Positions 1-9,546 of a stretch of DNA of 64,000 nt are shown in pieces; position 1 is the first letter of the stretch; each line of letters starts with the position of its first letter. The position numbers were made by a program, and so were the translations under genes. The notes below the pieces were generated by a model, which worked only from the letters and a program-made list of their open reading frames with translations, did not search any database and was not told the origin of the DNA. Location: IMG/VR virus record IMGVR_UViG_3300037466_002980, positions 1 to 64,000 of that record; one strand, given 5' to 3'. This DNA comes from a virus (taxonomy: Duplodnaviria; Heunggongvirae; Uroviricota; Caudoviricetes).

Positions 1-25
1 TTATATTGGACTCTTACTAAAATCA

Positions 26-33
26 GATAAATA
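26..33 (+). promoter_or_regulatory. T4-type late promoter box GATAAATA
   Basis: Variant of the T4 gp55 box TATAAATA; the ATG lies only 5 nt downstream. Confidence 0.7.
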
Positions 34-38
34 TCTAT

Positions 39-290
39 ATGAAAATATTTGAAATTGAAGATACATCTAAAATGCAAGGAGATTTGTTTACAAATTTCGA
101 CAAACCAACATCCTTTAATGTTTTAATTAATGGAAAGGTTTGGTGTAAGGATGGAGAACCGATGGTATTTAGGTCCGATGGAGATGCCCGAAGGGCAGCT
201 AATGCAGTTTCAAAGAAATATAATAAGATAACCCAGGTAGTACCGGCAGGAAAAATTCCACCGTCTACTAGAACTCGCCGCCGTCGATAA
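39..290 (+). CDS. Hypothetical late protein with capsid-targeting-like N-terminus (MKIFEIE)
   Basis: ORF directly after a late box. Confidence 0.6.
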   Translation: MKIFEIEDTSKMQGDLFTNFDKPTSFNVLINGKVWCKDGEPMVFRSDGDARRAANAVSKKYNKITQVVPAGKIPPSTRTRRRR

Positions 291-480
291 TACGTGTAAC
301 AGTTGGCATTGGCGGTGCTGGTCTAGATAAATCTTCTACTTTATTTTCAAGTTCCCGTATCTTTGATTCCAAGATTGAAATTTCTGTCAACAAATTCCTA
401 GCTTCAATCACAGTGATACTAAATTCAAAAACAGCCTTATTGGCATTCTGTAATCTTTTCTTTAATTTTTCAATTTCCAT
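268..480 (-). CDS. Hypothetical coiled-coil protein
   Basis: Coupled ORF with heptad pattern. Confidence 0.6.
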   Translation of the reverse strand: MEIEKLKKRLQNANKAVFEFSITVIEARNLLTEISILESKIRELENKVEDLSRPAPPMPTVTRIIDGGEF

Positions 481-832
481 TCTTCAATGTTTGAAAGAAA
501 ATAAATTCTTCAAGTTCCTTATCAAATTTCGAACTCCATTTTTGCCTAATTTTCTGAAATTCGATTTGTTTGTAATTTCTTTCTTTTTGTTTGAAACTAG
601 ATAATAGCTCAGGAGTTATAATATTTTCAGAAATTTGAAGTTTCTTACCAAAACTTCCCCAGAATTCATAGCAGGGATTTTTTAATTCTTCGTATCGTCT
701 AGTGGTAAAATTGAATTCTTTTCCAAAGGATGTTGATTTACCAGTTTCAACAAACCAACCCCAAACGGCACCCTTGCCGGAATCTTTTCTGATGCCGCAC
801 CATTGAACTTCAATAAATTTTTCAAAGTCCAT
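470..832 (-). CDS. Hypothetical protein, C-terminal EEFIFFQTLKNG motif
   Basis: Coupled ORF. Confidence 0.7.
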   Translation of the reverse strand: MDFEKFIEVQWCGIRKDSGKGAVWGWFVETGKSTSFGKEFNFTTRRYEELKNPCYEFWGSFGKKLQISENIITPELLSSFKQKERNYKQIEFQKIRQKWSSKFDKELEEFIFFQTLKNGN

Positions 833-1142
833 TCCTCAATCTTTCAACTATTTCAAATCTCTGTAATTCTTTCTTTAATTCTTCATCGATAATAAAAGAG
901 AAATCATAATAAGAATATCCTCTTCTTAGAAGTGTCTCAATATATCGTCGGGTTTGAAGTAAACTAAAACTTGATAAGGTACCGAGGCATTCTAAATTCA
1001 TAATCTTATCATGTGCTATATCAATACGAAAAGAAGACGACCGAAAATCTTTAACTATATTTCCAGTTGTACCTTTCGGGCGGGTAATAAGGACTCTTTC
1101 CACACCTTTCTTACCGGACCAGAAAACATTATATATTTCCAT
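822..1142 (-). CDS. Hypothetical protein, C-terminal EIVERLRNG motif
   Basis: Coupled ORF. Confidence 0.7.
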   Translation of the reverse strand: MEIYNVFWSGKKGVERVLITRPKGTTGNIVKDFRSSSFRIDIAHDKIMNLECLGTLSSFSLLQTRRYIETLLRRGYSYYDFSFIIDEELKKELQRFEIVERLRNGL

Positions 1143-1380
1143 TTAATTTCTTTTCTTTTATAACAAAATCTATAAGATCATGCAATGAAAGTAATTCTTG
1201 TTCTGATAATAAAGGAGAAGATTCTAATTCTGTGATTCCATTGGTACGTCTACAAAAAGAAAATGATATCTCCGGAGTATATTCACTCAACGATGTTTGA
1301 ATATATCCATTTGTAGTTTCAACGGTAATGGTGTTGATTCTTTTCTCTTGATTCTTTTCCTCTTTTATGGTATTTTTCAT
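1129..1380 (-). CDS. Hypothetical protein
   Basis: Coupled ORF. Confidence 0.6.
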   Translation of the reverse strand: MKNTIKEEKNQEKRINTITVETTNGYIQTSLSEYTPEISFSFCRRTNGITELESSPLLSEQELLSLHDLIDFVIKEKKLNGNI

Positions 1381-1871
1381 TTTATTTTTCTTTTATTTGC
1401 ACGAAGCTTTCTAAGCTCAAATTTCATTTCATCTTCGGTCTTAAAAGGACCCATATATTCGTATTGTTGAAGTGTTGCCCATTTTGGACACATAGATGGC
1501 ATCCAATTCTTCGGAAAATGTAGACAATAGTATCCTGCTACATAATAAACTTCGCTTGTCGCTTTCTTGCTAAAAAGTGGAAGTTTATTTCCCTTGATAA
1601 CCACTTCATTGGGATTATCGAAATCTACCGGATATCCATTAATGAAATAATCTTTCTTTACATTCTCTTCAATAGTCGGCGCAACATTATTGAAGATATC
1701 TTCATTGAAATATTTGTTTACTTCTTTTCTATCTAGGAAGTTTTTCTTCTCGCCTTTAATTGTTAGGATATATTTATTTTGTATTTCATTTAGAAGACCA
1801 ATTCTAAGATCGTCTGTATCACCTAACACTAACCATGAATTTTCTGTTATTGGTTTCAATCTAACTGTCAT
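1377..1871 (-). CDS. Phage hypothetical protein
   Basis: 164 aa ORF in operon with RBS. Confidence 0.75.
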   Translation of the reverse strand: MTVRLKPITENSWLVLGDTDDLRIGLLNEIQNKYILTIKGEKKNFLDRKEVNKYFNEDIFNNVAPTIEENVKKDYFINGYPVDFDNPNEVVIKGNKLPLFSKKATSEVYYVAGYYCLHFPKNWMPSMCPKWATLQQYEYMGPFKTEDEMKFELRKLRANKRKIK

Positions 1872-1872
1872 T

Positions 1873-2070
1873 CTATTCCTTATTCATATCAATAAATGCA
1901 TCTTTCTTTATACAGACTCTTCGACTGTGGGTAACCAGAACCTTTCCGTTTTTAGATTCACATTTCAAATCAAAATTTTGATAATTTTCGTCATTATTAC
2001 CAATATAGGCAAAAAGAACAAATGTTCCCACAAAGAAGGCCATAACCAAAAGAAAAATTGTATCTTTCAT
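1873..2070 (-). CDS. Small membrane protein with Cys pair
   Basis: N-terminal TM, CESKNG...VC. Confidence 0.65.
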   Translation of the reverse strand: MKDTIFLLVMAFFVGTFVLFAYIGNNDENYQNFDLKCESKNGKVLVTHSRRVCIKKDAFIDMNKE

Positions 2071-2342
2071 TTTAAATATTTTTCAATTTTCTTAATATTC
2101 ATATCTATGTCGGCAGTGGAACAATATCCAACACAGAGTGTTAACAATTGTTTATCTGTTTGATTCATAATCATAATATCGAGATGGTTATGGTCCCATG
2201 CTTCGATTGAAATAAGATTTGTCGGGGCTGGTATTGAAATTACCAATTTCCCCTTATCCTTGGATGTACTATAATGAAGATTTACCGGAGAATGATCGGC
2301 AAGGTGTTCCCAGGCATTTTCCACTAATTCAGTAAATTTCAT
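2067..2342 (-). CDS. Hypothetical protein
   Basis: Coupled ORF. Confidence 0.6.
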   Translation of the reverse strand: MKFTELVENAWEHLADHSPVNLHYSTSKDKGKLVISIPAPTNLISIEAWDHNHLDIMIMNQTDKQLLTLCVGYCSTADIDMNIKKIEKYLK

Positions 2343-2344
2343 AA

Positions 2345-2593
2345 TTAAAATCCGAAATTAGGATTATCAACAATTAGAATCTTTTCGTTTGTTAAACAAA
2401 CATCGGTTGTTCCGTTCTTATAAATTCTTCCATGAAGGCGTTCACAAGAGATAGAAAATTGTGCTCGATCCTGTGCTAATAGCTGCCTAAGATCATCGAT
2501 GAAAGCAATCTCTCCGATAAGAAAATAAATTATTGCAATCATAATAACCATTCCGATGGGTGTAAGGATATCTTTGGTGTTAAGTTTATTCAT
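2345..2593 (-). CDS. Small membrane protein with Cys pair
   Basis: N-terminal TM, CERLHG...VC; resembles 1873..2070. Confidence 0.65.
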   Translation of the reverse strand: MNKLNTKDILTPIGMVIMIAIIYFLIGEIAFIDDLRQLLAQDRAQFSISCERLHGRIYKNGTTDVCLTNEKILIVDNPNFGF

Positions 2594-3641
2594 GGTAACG
2601 CGATTTTAACATAGACATATAGGATTCTGCACTATTACCGATTCGCTTCAAATCCCATTTTCCACAAAACTTCATGAAACCCATTCCGATTTCCACCGCA
2701 GGAACATTCTTTCTAGATGTTTCTGTTGCAATAATATTTAAGCAATCAGTAACTACATCTTCGGGAATTTCTTTCAAATCAATAAGTTTCTTATTAAACT
2801 CGTACTTATCCTTTACACGATGCTCATTATCCTCGTGGTCAACCCAACGTTGAAGCATAAAATTATTCCAATTGTATCCTTGCGTGGTTCTATCAGCATA
2901 TGCTTCCATAATGCCAATTTTCTTTGTGCTTCCTTTTTCCCTAACACCAGGATATGCACTAAAGATATTATCTGTGGAATCACCACGAATGCATTTCAGA
3001 AATAATGCATATTCGTACCAGTCGGAATCAACGGAAAAATTCGGATCAGGTTTGCCCACTCTGATTTTGGCATTGGTGTCGACAACGAATGCAAGTCTCT
3101 CGCCCTTGTCGTTAAAAATGCCGTCCCGTTGAATGAGAATATCCTTCACAGGGTCATATATCTTTACATTTCCAAAACGAAGTAATTGAAAGAAATCCGA
3201 ATCGGAACTAATTAGAATATGCGTGTCCTCGGGATGAGCTTCGATCCATACTGCGATCATGTCGTCGGCCTCAGCTTTTGGATTCCTGAGCACCGTTACA
3301 TTCGTCTTCTCATCCAAATATTTTACAAATTCGTTAAAAGAATCAGTAAGTATTCGAAAGTCTTCTTGCTCTTTCTCTGTTTGTTGTGCGAATGCAATTT
3401 TTCTATTCGCCTTATATTCTGGATAATAGTCTTTTCTCCAGGAGCGACCTTCTAAGAAAAATACAGTATGTGTGCCGTTCCATGTTGAAAATTCTTTCCT
3501 CATACTATTCAATATGAGGTGAAAAGACATTCCAATCATGCTATCGATGCCCAATGCAGGATTGGTCATTCGTATTTGTCTATGAAATAAATTGTTACCG
3601 TCTGTTAATATAAAATTTCTCTTAATTTCCGCCATTGGCAT
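2586..3641 (-). CDS. rnh: RNase H / 5'-3' flap exonuclease (T4 Rnh-like)
   Basis: DGNN, SWRK..Y..YKANR, EADD, SSDSDF, GDSTDNI motifs. Confidence 0.92.
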   Translation of the reverse strand: MPMAEIKRNFILTDGNNLFHRQIRMTNPALGIDSMIGMSFHLILNSMRKEFSTWNGTHTVFFLEGRSWRKDYYPEYKANRKIAFAQQTEKEQEDFRILTDSFNEFVKYLDEKTNVTVLRNPKAEADDMIAVWIEAHPEDTHILISSDSDFFQLLRFGNVKIYDPVKDILIQRDGIFNDKGERLAFVVDTNAKIRVGKPDPNFSVDSDWYEYALFLKCIRGDSTDNIFSAYPGVREKGSTKKIGIMEAYADRTTQGYNWNNFMLQRWVDHEDNEHRVKDKYEFNKKLIDLKEIPEDVVTDCLNIIATETSRKNVPAVEIGMGFMKFCGKWDLKRIGNSAESYMSMLKSRYHE

Positions 3642-3655
3642 TTCCCTGCATTTTA

Positions 3656-3684
3656 ATTATAAGATATCAACTCTGTAAAGTCAA
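3656..3684 (-). promoter_or_regulatory. sigma70-type early promoter
   Basis: TTGACT-N17-TATAAT upstream of rnh. Confidence 0.85.
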
Positions 3685-3761
3685 GCGGTTTTAGAGTCCT
3701 TGATCTTTACTAAGGATCTACTGTAAGCTCTGATCCAACACAATGGACCTATTCGTGAAGA

Positions 3762-4394
3762 TTATCTATAACCTTTTCTATTACCCGGATACACCTCACC
3801 GTTCCAGCGTTTCCAAGTTTCAAGGTTCGCTTCCGAATCCGCAGAAAAATCTCCAGTTCCATCAAACTCTTCCATGGCAATGTTTCGACATAGTTCCATG
3901 AACCAACCGTTAACGATAGCATCTGGTGTGTTGCCTGTATAACCCTCAGCCTTTAGCTTTTCTACAAAGAATTCATTCCAGTCTAATTCAAAACTTCCCT
4001 CTAAAGAAGAACCCGAAACAAAATTCATATTAAGAACTGTAACCCAGGGTTCTTTCTTAATTGTGGCCTGCTTCTTCTGATATTCAATTTCAGTAAGTTT
4101 ACCATCCCTATTCTCTAATTCGAGTTCAGCAAGCAATCTTCTTGTTTCGTCTTTGATTAGTGTTACGAGATTTCCGTGATAAGTTCTTTCATCTATCTTT
4201 TTATATTTGAATTCTAATTCCCATACTTTCTTCTTAAACTCTTCGTCTGTATATTCATTACGATTAATTTCAAGAAGTCTTCTCTCGAGATCAAATCCTT
4301 CTAATTCGTATTCGGCCTTTGCAATTTCGCGTGTTTTTCCCTTCATTCCCCAAAATGCGGGCCACCAAGAAAACGGTATTATATTTTTTTTCAT
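3762..4394 (-). CDS. Phage hypothetical protein
   Basis: 210 aa ORF with AGGA RBS. Confidence 0.75.
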   Translation of the reverse strand: MKKNIIPFSWWPAFWGMKGKTREIAKAEYELEGFDLERRLLEINRNEYTDEEFKKKVWELEFKYKKIDERTYHGNLVTLIKDETRRLLAELELENRDGKLTEIEYQKKQATIKKEPWVTVLNMNFVSGSSLEGSFELDWNEFFVEKLKAEGYTGNTPDAIVNGWFMELCRNIAMEEFDGTGDFSADSEANLETWKRWNGEVYPGNRKGYR

Positions 4395-4535
4395 AAAATT
4401 CCTATTTTTATTTCAAATTCTGAATTCAATTCCTGTGCCAAAAACCAAATCTCAGATTCCAATTTTGGTACAGGTTTTCATCTTGAAGGTTAGATTCAGA
4501 TTTGGAATTTGAAAACCAAATCTGACCTTGTCGTT

Positions 4536-4766
4536 TTATTTTTTAGATGCAATATACTTTGAGTTATTTAGCTTGAAAAATAATGCATCTTCTGAATCTT
4601 CGAAAAACCAATAAATTCCGTCTGACATATATCGAAAAGAAAATTTATACCTGCTTGGATGTCTTTGCAGGCTAAACTTCATTCCGTTGGTATAATCTTC
4701 ATATTGCATTTTAACAATAACCCAGTCTGGTGGAATCTTCTTCTTATTTAAATATTTCATTTCCAA
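4536..4766 (-). CDS. Small paralog family member (F-E-x2-ED-x3-F-x-LK)
   Basis: FFEDSEDALFFKLN. Confidence 0.7.
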   Translation of the reverse strand: MEMKYLNKKKIPPDWVIVKMQYEDYTNGMKFSLQRHPSRYKFSFRYMSDGIYWFFEDSEDALFFKLNNSKYIASKK

Positions 4767-5036
4767 TTATGAAAATTTCAAAATAAAGAATGTTAAATCG
4801 TCGTCTGTTTTAAATCGAACACTCGATGGATATGTCTCATGATATTCGTTAACGAATTCTCCATTATATCTCCCAAGTTCGTTATTTAAAGCTATTCGAT
4901 AATTGATATAATTTTCTTTATCATCTCGAGAAACTCCATCTATATATCCATATTCCTTTTTAAATTCGCGAATGAAATTGCTCCACCAGATAGGACATTC
5001 ATGTAGACTATCAGTTTCAAATTTAATTTCAATCAT
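4767..5036 (-). CDS. Small paralog family member
   Basis: CPIWWSNF...FKTDDDLTFFILKFS. Confidence 0.75.
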   Translation of the reverse strand: MIEIKFETDSLHECPIWWSNFIREFKKEYGYIDGVSRDDKENYINYRIALNNELGRYNGEFVNEYHETYPSSVRFKTDDDLTFFILKFS

Positions 5037-5278
5037 GAGTATTTTAAGATAAAATTAGTTGCATCTTCATCATTCTCAAATTCTATAGAAGCATCGGGTG
5101 CAGTCGAGTTAGGATAATTTTCTGTATCTATAATTAATTTTCCACCTAATTTCTCCAGTCCTCGTTCTAAATCTAGTTTAGTAAAATTACCACGAGTCTG
5201 ATCCTGAATTTCATTATAGAAATTCCGATACCAGTTTGGACAACTATATAAAAAACGTCCTATATGTAGAATAATCAT
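5033..5278 (-). CDS. Small paralog family member
   Basis: CPNWYRNF...FENDEDATNFILKYS. Confidence 0.75.
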   Translation of the reverse strand: MIILHIGRFLYSCPNWYRNFYNEIQDQTRGNFTKLDLERGLEKLGGKLIIDTENYPNSTAPDASIEFENDEDATNFILKYS

Positions 5279-5280
5279 GA

Positions 5281-5550
5281 TTAAAAATATTTTAATTTAA
5301 ATATCAAAAAATCTTCTTCTGTTTCAAAAATAACTCCACCCGTACTAAATTCTGTGCCTTCATTATTTTTGTATTTCTTCGCATTATGTTCAATCTTTAA
5401 TATTTTCTGAATAAAATCTCTTCGTTCCTTACCATGGAAATTTTGTAGTCTGTATTCATTCTTTCCAATAAAATTTTGCCAAATTTTTGGACAGGTAGAC
5501 AGATGTCCAGTTAATATCAATTCAAATGTATTACAAACATTTGTTTCCAT
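5281..5550 (-). CDS. Small paralog family member
   Basis: CPKIWQNF...FETEEDFLIFKLKYF. Confidence 0.75.
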   Translation of the reverse strand: METNVCNTFELILTGHLSTCPKIWQNFIGKNEYRLQNFHGKERRDFIQKILKIEHNAKKYKNNEGTEFSTGGVIFETEEDFLIFKLKYF

Positions 5551-5749
5551 GTTTCAATTTAAACGCTAAACAATCTTCAGTTGATTCAAATACAATAACA
5601 ATGATTGGTTTTATATTACCATTTTCATTTTCGTAAATTACATCTCCATACGCATTAGGCCAATCTTCAAGATATTTTTCAACGTCTCTAAAATTAAAAG
5701 CATATTGAAGTTTGCAAACTTTACCTTCAAAATCCTTAGGAATCTTCAT
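5531..5749 (-). CDS. Small paralog family member
   Basis: FESTEDCLAFKLKHG. Confidence 0.7.
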   Translation of the reverse strand: MKIPKDFEGKVCKLQYAFNFRDVEKYLEDWPNAYGDVIYENENGNIKPIIVIVFESTEDCLAFKLKHGNKCL

Positions 5750-6624
5750 GCTAGACTAGCGTATAAATGCATTTGAAGATTAAGTCTCAATCCATGTTCC
5801 ATACAATATTTGGCTGTATATTCGTGATTCTCTTGATTTTCTTTTAGATTGAGTAACCCCGGTTCCCAAAAAGAAATAACTTCATCTACAGTTGATCTTT
5901 CTTGTAAGGTAATATTACCTTGTTTTTCAGAACGCAACATCTTGATCTTCTGTGGATATGTATTATAGATGTTCATTGGACTTACATAAATTTCTTTGTT
6001 AGGATTATTCTTTCTCCATTCATGCGCCCAATCTGGAATTTCATAATAAGGACTTTCCTTATCAGCACTCATAACAAATTTCAAACAATCTGCTCTTTCT
6101 AAAATTGTTTTGGATGGTGCAAGATACTTAATAGCAACACCATTCTTTTCGCTACATTTCGGACTGCAAACAAGTGTAACACCTTCCGGAACAACGGTAT
6201 CTAAAATACCATTGCTTTCAACTTGAACATTACCAAAATGTTTGAGCTGCCTTTCCATAAAACTACTAATGTTATCTTGCAGAAGTGGTTCGCCGCCTGT
6301 CATAACAAGCACAACACCCGGATAACTATTAAATCCATTTATGGCCCAGCCCGGTGCAGCCTTTCCTTGGTTATTCCAAAAATTACAAATAGTTTCGTAA
6401 ATCTTAGATTCGATTTGTGTTATCGTTAACCAATCTCCATCATCAAAGAAAGTATCACAGAAGGAACATGCAAGATTACATTTCGCTAAACGAACAAACA
6501 ATGCAGGTTTACCAGCATACGGTCCTTCTCCCTGAAGAGTAAAGAACATGCTGGTTACAAATAGACTATCTTTTGGTGCTTCTTTAAAATATTTCTTTCC
6601 GACAATTTCATTCGTCCCGAACAT
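5746..6624 (-). CDS. queE: 7-carboxy-7-deazaguanine synthase (radical SAM)
   Basis: TLQGEG, FVRL, CNLACSFCDT, TGGEP, ESNG, SPK, C-terminal LQMH. Confidence 0.92.
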   Translation of the reverse strand: MFGTNEIVGKKYFKEAPKDSLFVTSMFFTLQGEGPYAGKPALFVRLAKCNLACSFCDTFFDDGDWLTITQIESKIYETICNFWNNQGKAAPGWAINGFNSYPGVVLVMTGGEPLLQDNISSFMERQLKHFGNVQVESNGILDTVVPEGVTLVCSPKCSEKNGVAIKYLAPSKTILERADCLKFVMSADKESPYYEIPDWAHEWRKNNPNKEIYVSPMNIYNTYPQKIKMLRSEKQGNITLQERSTVDEVISFWEPGLLNLKENQENHEYTAKYCMEHGLRLNLQMHLYASLA

Positions 6625-6948
6625 TTATTCTTCTTCCTTATCTATAATATTGTGAATATAATCCACAATAACTTTTGGATCCATATCTTTCTTATAATTT
6701 ATTGCACCATAATAATAATTAGTGGTATGTGTAGGTTCAATAGTAATTTTTGGAAAGAATCTTAAATTGACATAATAATTATCTTTCTTATTATGCAATA
6801 TATAATCCCAGTGGGTGGGATCATTAGAATTTGGAGTAACATCAGCAATATCGAGCCATTCCTGTGCTATTCTTTTTTCTGTTAAATTGAATTCATCTAT
6901 TAGAATTCTTTTTACACAGAGTTGTTCTTCGATCGTAAATTTACTCAT
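6625..6948 (-). CDS. Hypothetical protein
   Basis: ORF abutting queE. Confidence 0.6.
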   Translation of the reverse strand: MSKFTIEEQLCVKRILIDEFNLTEKRIAQEWLDIADVTPNSNDPTHWDYILHNKKDNYYVNLRFFPKITIEPTHTTNYYYGAINYKKDMDPKVIVDYIHNIIDKEEE

Positions 6949-6990
6949 CTATCAAATCCAGAAGAGTTAAAACGGTTTCGATTTTTGCGT

Positions 6991-7620
6991 TCACTGATCA
7001 CCCTTAAGCTTCTCTAACATTTTAGATGCTTCCAACAGATAAGTCAAATCATCTGCATTCAAACTACCTTTTTCCACAGCAATCTTAATTAAATCATTGA
7101 AGATTGAATCGCGTATCTTTCTTTTTGTTGTATCATAGATACCAGCTTTCTTTTCAACTTCTAAGCCGATATAAGAACTAAAATTTTCAGCCGCTTCTTT
7201 AACATCACTTTCTATTGTTGACTGCCATATAATCTTACCATCGTTATCTACACTAAAGACTGTTTCACCCTTTCTGTTCGTTAAGGTAAAAATATATGGA
7301 GAACTATATCCGAATGTTCCGGAATTGATATTAAATGTATATGGAAGTGTATATGTGGTTGCTGTTGTGGCCGCTGTTGTGACTGTTGGTGCCACATATC
7401 CGGTTGTAGTATAGGTAGGATATGAAAATCCACCAGTGGTTACTGCCCCGGTCGGTTGCCATTTAGGAACTGTCGTATTCATTGCACTGTCGGCAGCTAC
7501 CGTTTGTTCTTTGGCTTTAGCCTTTTCGATTGCATTTTCTTTCTTTATAAGTTTTTTCATAAGTTTTCTTATCATACCTCTCCTGTTTGTGATGCATCGA
7601 ATTTTTTCTCCCAATTCCAT
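6991..7620 (-). CDS. Hypothetical protein with Thr-rich linker (start uncertain)
   Basis: Ends MLEKLKGDQ. Confidence 0.65.
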   Translation of the reverse strand: MELGEKIRCITNRRGMIRKLMKKLIKKENAIEKAKAKEQTVAADSAMNTTVPKWQPTGAVTTGGFSYPTYTTTGYVAPTVTTAATTATTYTLPYTFNINSGTFGYSSPYIFTLTNRKGETVFSVDNDGKIIWQSTIESDVKEAAENFSSYIGLEVEKKAGIYDTTKRKIRDSIFNDLIKIAVEKGSLNADDLTYLLEASKMLEKLKGDQ

Positions 7621-8543
7621 GCATGTCTCACTATATCATCGATATTATATTTTGGCGACCAATCTAAGAGATTCTGTGCCTTAGAAATATCGGCCACTAA
7701 GGTAGCCGGATCACCTGCGCGCCTTGGTCCAAAACCAAAATTTGGTTCAACACCTAATACTTTCTTAGCTGAAGATACAAGTTCTTGAACACTTATGCCA
7801 TTGCTTCCACAACCAATATTAAATGTTTCATTTGCTGTTCCATTTAGAAAATCAATTGCCTTCACATGAGCATTGGCTAAATCAGCAACATGAATATAAT
7901 CTCTTACACAAGTACCGTCTTTGGTAGGATAATCATTTCCATATATTGTAAAATGTTCTTGTTTAATAATTTTATTACAAAGAATTGGAATAACATGTGT
8001 AGCTGGACGTTGGGTATATCCAAATCTTCCATTGGGATCTGCACCTGCTGCATTAAAATATCTGAAGATAACGTGTTTCATTCCATATGCCCTGGAATAA
8101 TCCTTAATTAATAATTCTCCAGCTACCTTAGTAGATGCATATGGATTTTCTGGATCATAGAAAAGATCTTCTGTTAATGGACCATTTTTTCCTTGTCTAC
8201 CATAAACATTCCCACTTGAACTGAAAATAATATTCTTTATTCCGGATGCCGACATGATATCAAGTAATGTCTTAATTCTGATTACATTATTTTCATAATA
8301 GGATCTTGGCTTAGTAACACTTTGTTCCACTAAATGATCTGCTGCCAAATGTATTACAGTATCATATTGAATCTTATTATGAAGAAAATAATCTAAATAA
8401 TCAATTTCAATATATTTGATATTTTCAATTCTAGTTTTTATTCTTCTATCAACTACAGTTACCTCATGACCTGAATTTTTTAATGCATCTGAAACTTGTG
8501 TTCCAACAAATCCTGCTCCACCGGTTATTAAAATATTACTCAT
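7572..8543 (-). CDS. galE: UDP-glucose 4-epimerase
   Basis: TGGAGFVG, HLAA, FSSS, YASTK, RYFNAAG, DGTCVRDYIHV, RRAGD. Confidence 0.93.
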   Translation of the reverse strand: MSNILITGGAGFVGTQVSDALKNSGHEVTVVDRRIKTRIENIKYIEIDYLDYFLHNKIQYDTVIHLAADHLVEQSVTKPRSYYENNVIRIKTLLDIMSASGIKNIIFSSSGNVYGRQGKNGPLTEDLFYDPENPYASTKVAGELLIKDYSRAYGMKHVIFRYFNAAGADPNGRFGYTQRPATHVIPILCNKIIKQEHFTIYGNDYPTKDGTCVRDYIHVADLANAHVKAIDFLNGTANETFNIGCGSNGISVQELVSSAKKVLGVEPNFGFGPRRAGDPATLVADISKAQNLLDWSPKYNIDDIVRHAWNWEKKFDASQTGEV

Positions 8544-8760
8544 TATCGGTACCTATTGTTAATTTCTCTATTATTTTATATTCCTCCCATGCTTTACGCA
8601 GGGCAGGATGTTTATCTAAATCCTCTCCGGCCGGTTCAAGAAGAAAAAGTCTTTTTTCAAGATCCTGTATTCTTTTCTCTAATCCAGCGATATAATCAGA
8701 GGTTAATTTCGATCCAGGCCTCGGTGGTGGTTTGATGTCAGAAGCATTAAACCACACCAT
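8536..8760 (-). CDS. Small coiled-coil protein, paralog of 8747..8998
   Basis: LEKRL...HPALRKAWEEYKIIEKL. Confidence 0.7.
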   Translation of the reverse strand: MVWFNASDIKPPPRPGSKLTSDYIAGLEKRIQDLEKRLFLLEPAGEDLDKHPALRKAWEEYKIIEKLTIGTDNE

Positions 8761-8998
8761 TGTTACCTCCGGTAACCAATTTTTCTATTAATTTATAATT
8801 TTCATATGCTTCTTTTAGAGCTGGAAATTTTTCATGCAATTCTGGATTATCATAAAGAACACATAATCTCTTTTCTATTAGATCAAGGCGTTCGTTTACT
8901 TTCCTAAGTTCGACCGAACTTCCATCTCCTACATATGTATAACCACCCATTGTGGGTGATCTCTGCTTATACATCGAATTAAAATCATTTATCGACAT
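8747..8998 (-). CDS. Small coiled-coil protein, paralog of 8536..8760
   Basis: IEKRL...FPALKEAYENYKLIEKL. Confidence 0.7.
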   Translation of the reverse strand: MSINDFNSMYKQRSPTMGGYTYVGDGSSVELRKVNERLDLIEKRLCVLYDNPELHEKFPALKEAYENYKLIEKLVTGGNNGVV

Positions 8999-9546
8999 TA
9001 TTTTACATTCCTTAGATTTCTAATCTTTTTCTTAATTAGATTTTTCTGCACCGGACTTAAATGATCATAGAATGTAATTCCATTAAGATGATCGAGTTCA
9101 TGTTGGAAGCAAATGGCGTCTATACCATTTAGATCCATTTGAATTGTTTCACCTTTCTCATTCATTGCCTCTATCTTAATCCATGTAGGACGTTTCACAT
9201 GTGAAAAGATATTTGGAAAACTTAAACAACCTTCCTTCCATCTTTCAAGTCCACCTGTCTCTAAAATAACCGGGTTTATAAATACCCATCTCTTACTTCC
9301 ATCATTAGAAGTGTCCATTACAAAAATTTTCCTAGTTTCCCCGACCTGGTTTGCAGAAAGGCCTACCCCACCGGCTTGATACATTGTTAGAAACATATTC
9401 TGTATCAATGTTTTTATTTCACGATTAATTTCAGTTACCTCAAGGCAGGGCGTATTGAGTATTGGTTCGGGATAAAGATAGATTTCTAAGATTTTAGGTG
9501 GATCTGTCTCTAATTCTAGTTGTAGTTCTTCAGTCATATTAATCAA
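8998..9546 (-). CDS. def: Peptide deformylase
   Basis: GVGLSANQ, EGCLS, QHELDHLNG. Confidence 0.95.
   Translation of the reverse strand: MINMTEELQLELETDPPKILEIYLYPEPILNTPCLEVTEINREIKTLIQNMFLTMYQAGGVGLSANQVGETRKIFVMDTSNDGSKRWVFINPVILETGGLERWKEGCLSFPNIFSHVKRPTWIKIEAMNEKGETIQMDLNGIDAICFQHELDHLNGITFYDHLSPVQKNLIKKKIRNLRNVK

Noticed and set aside
3690-3760. Possible shared motif (atccttagt..agatc) with the 14760-14790 gap
   Set aside because: Too short and AT-rich to distinguish from chance
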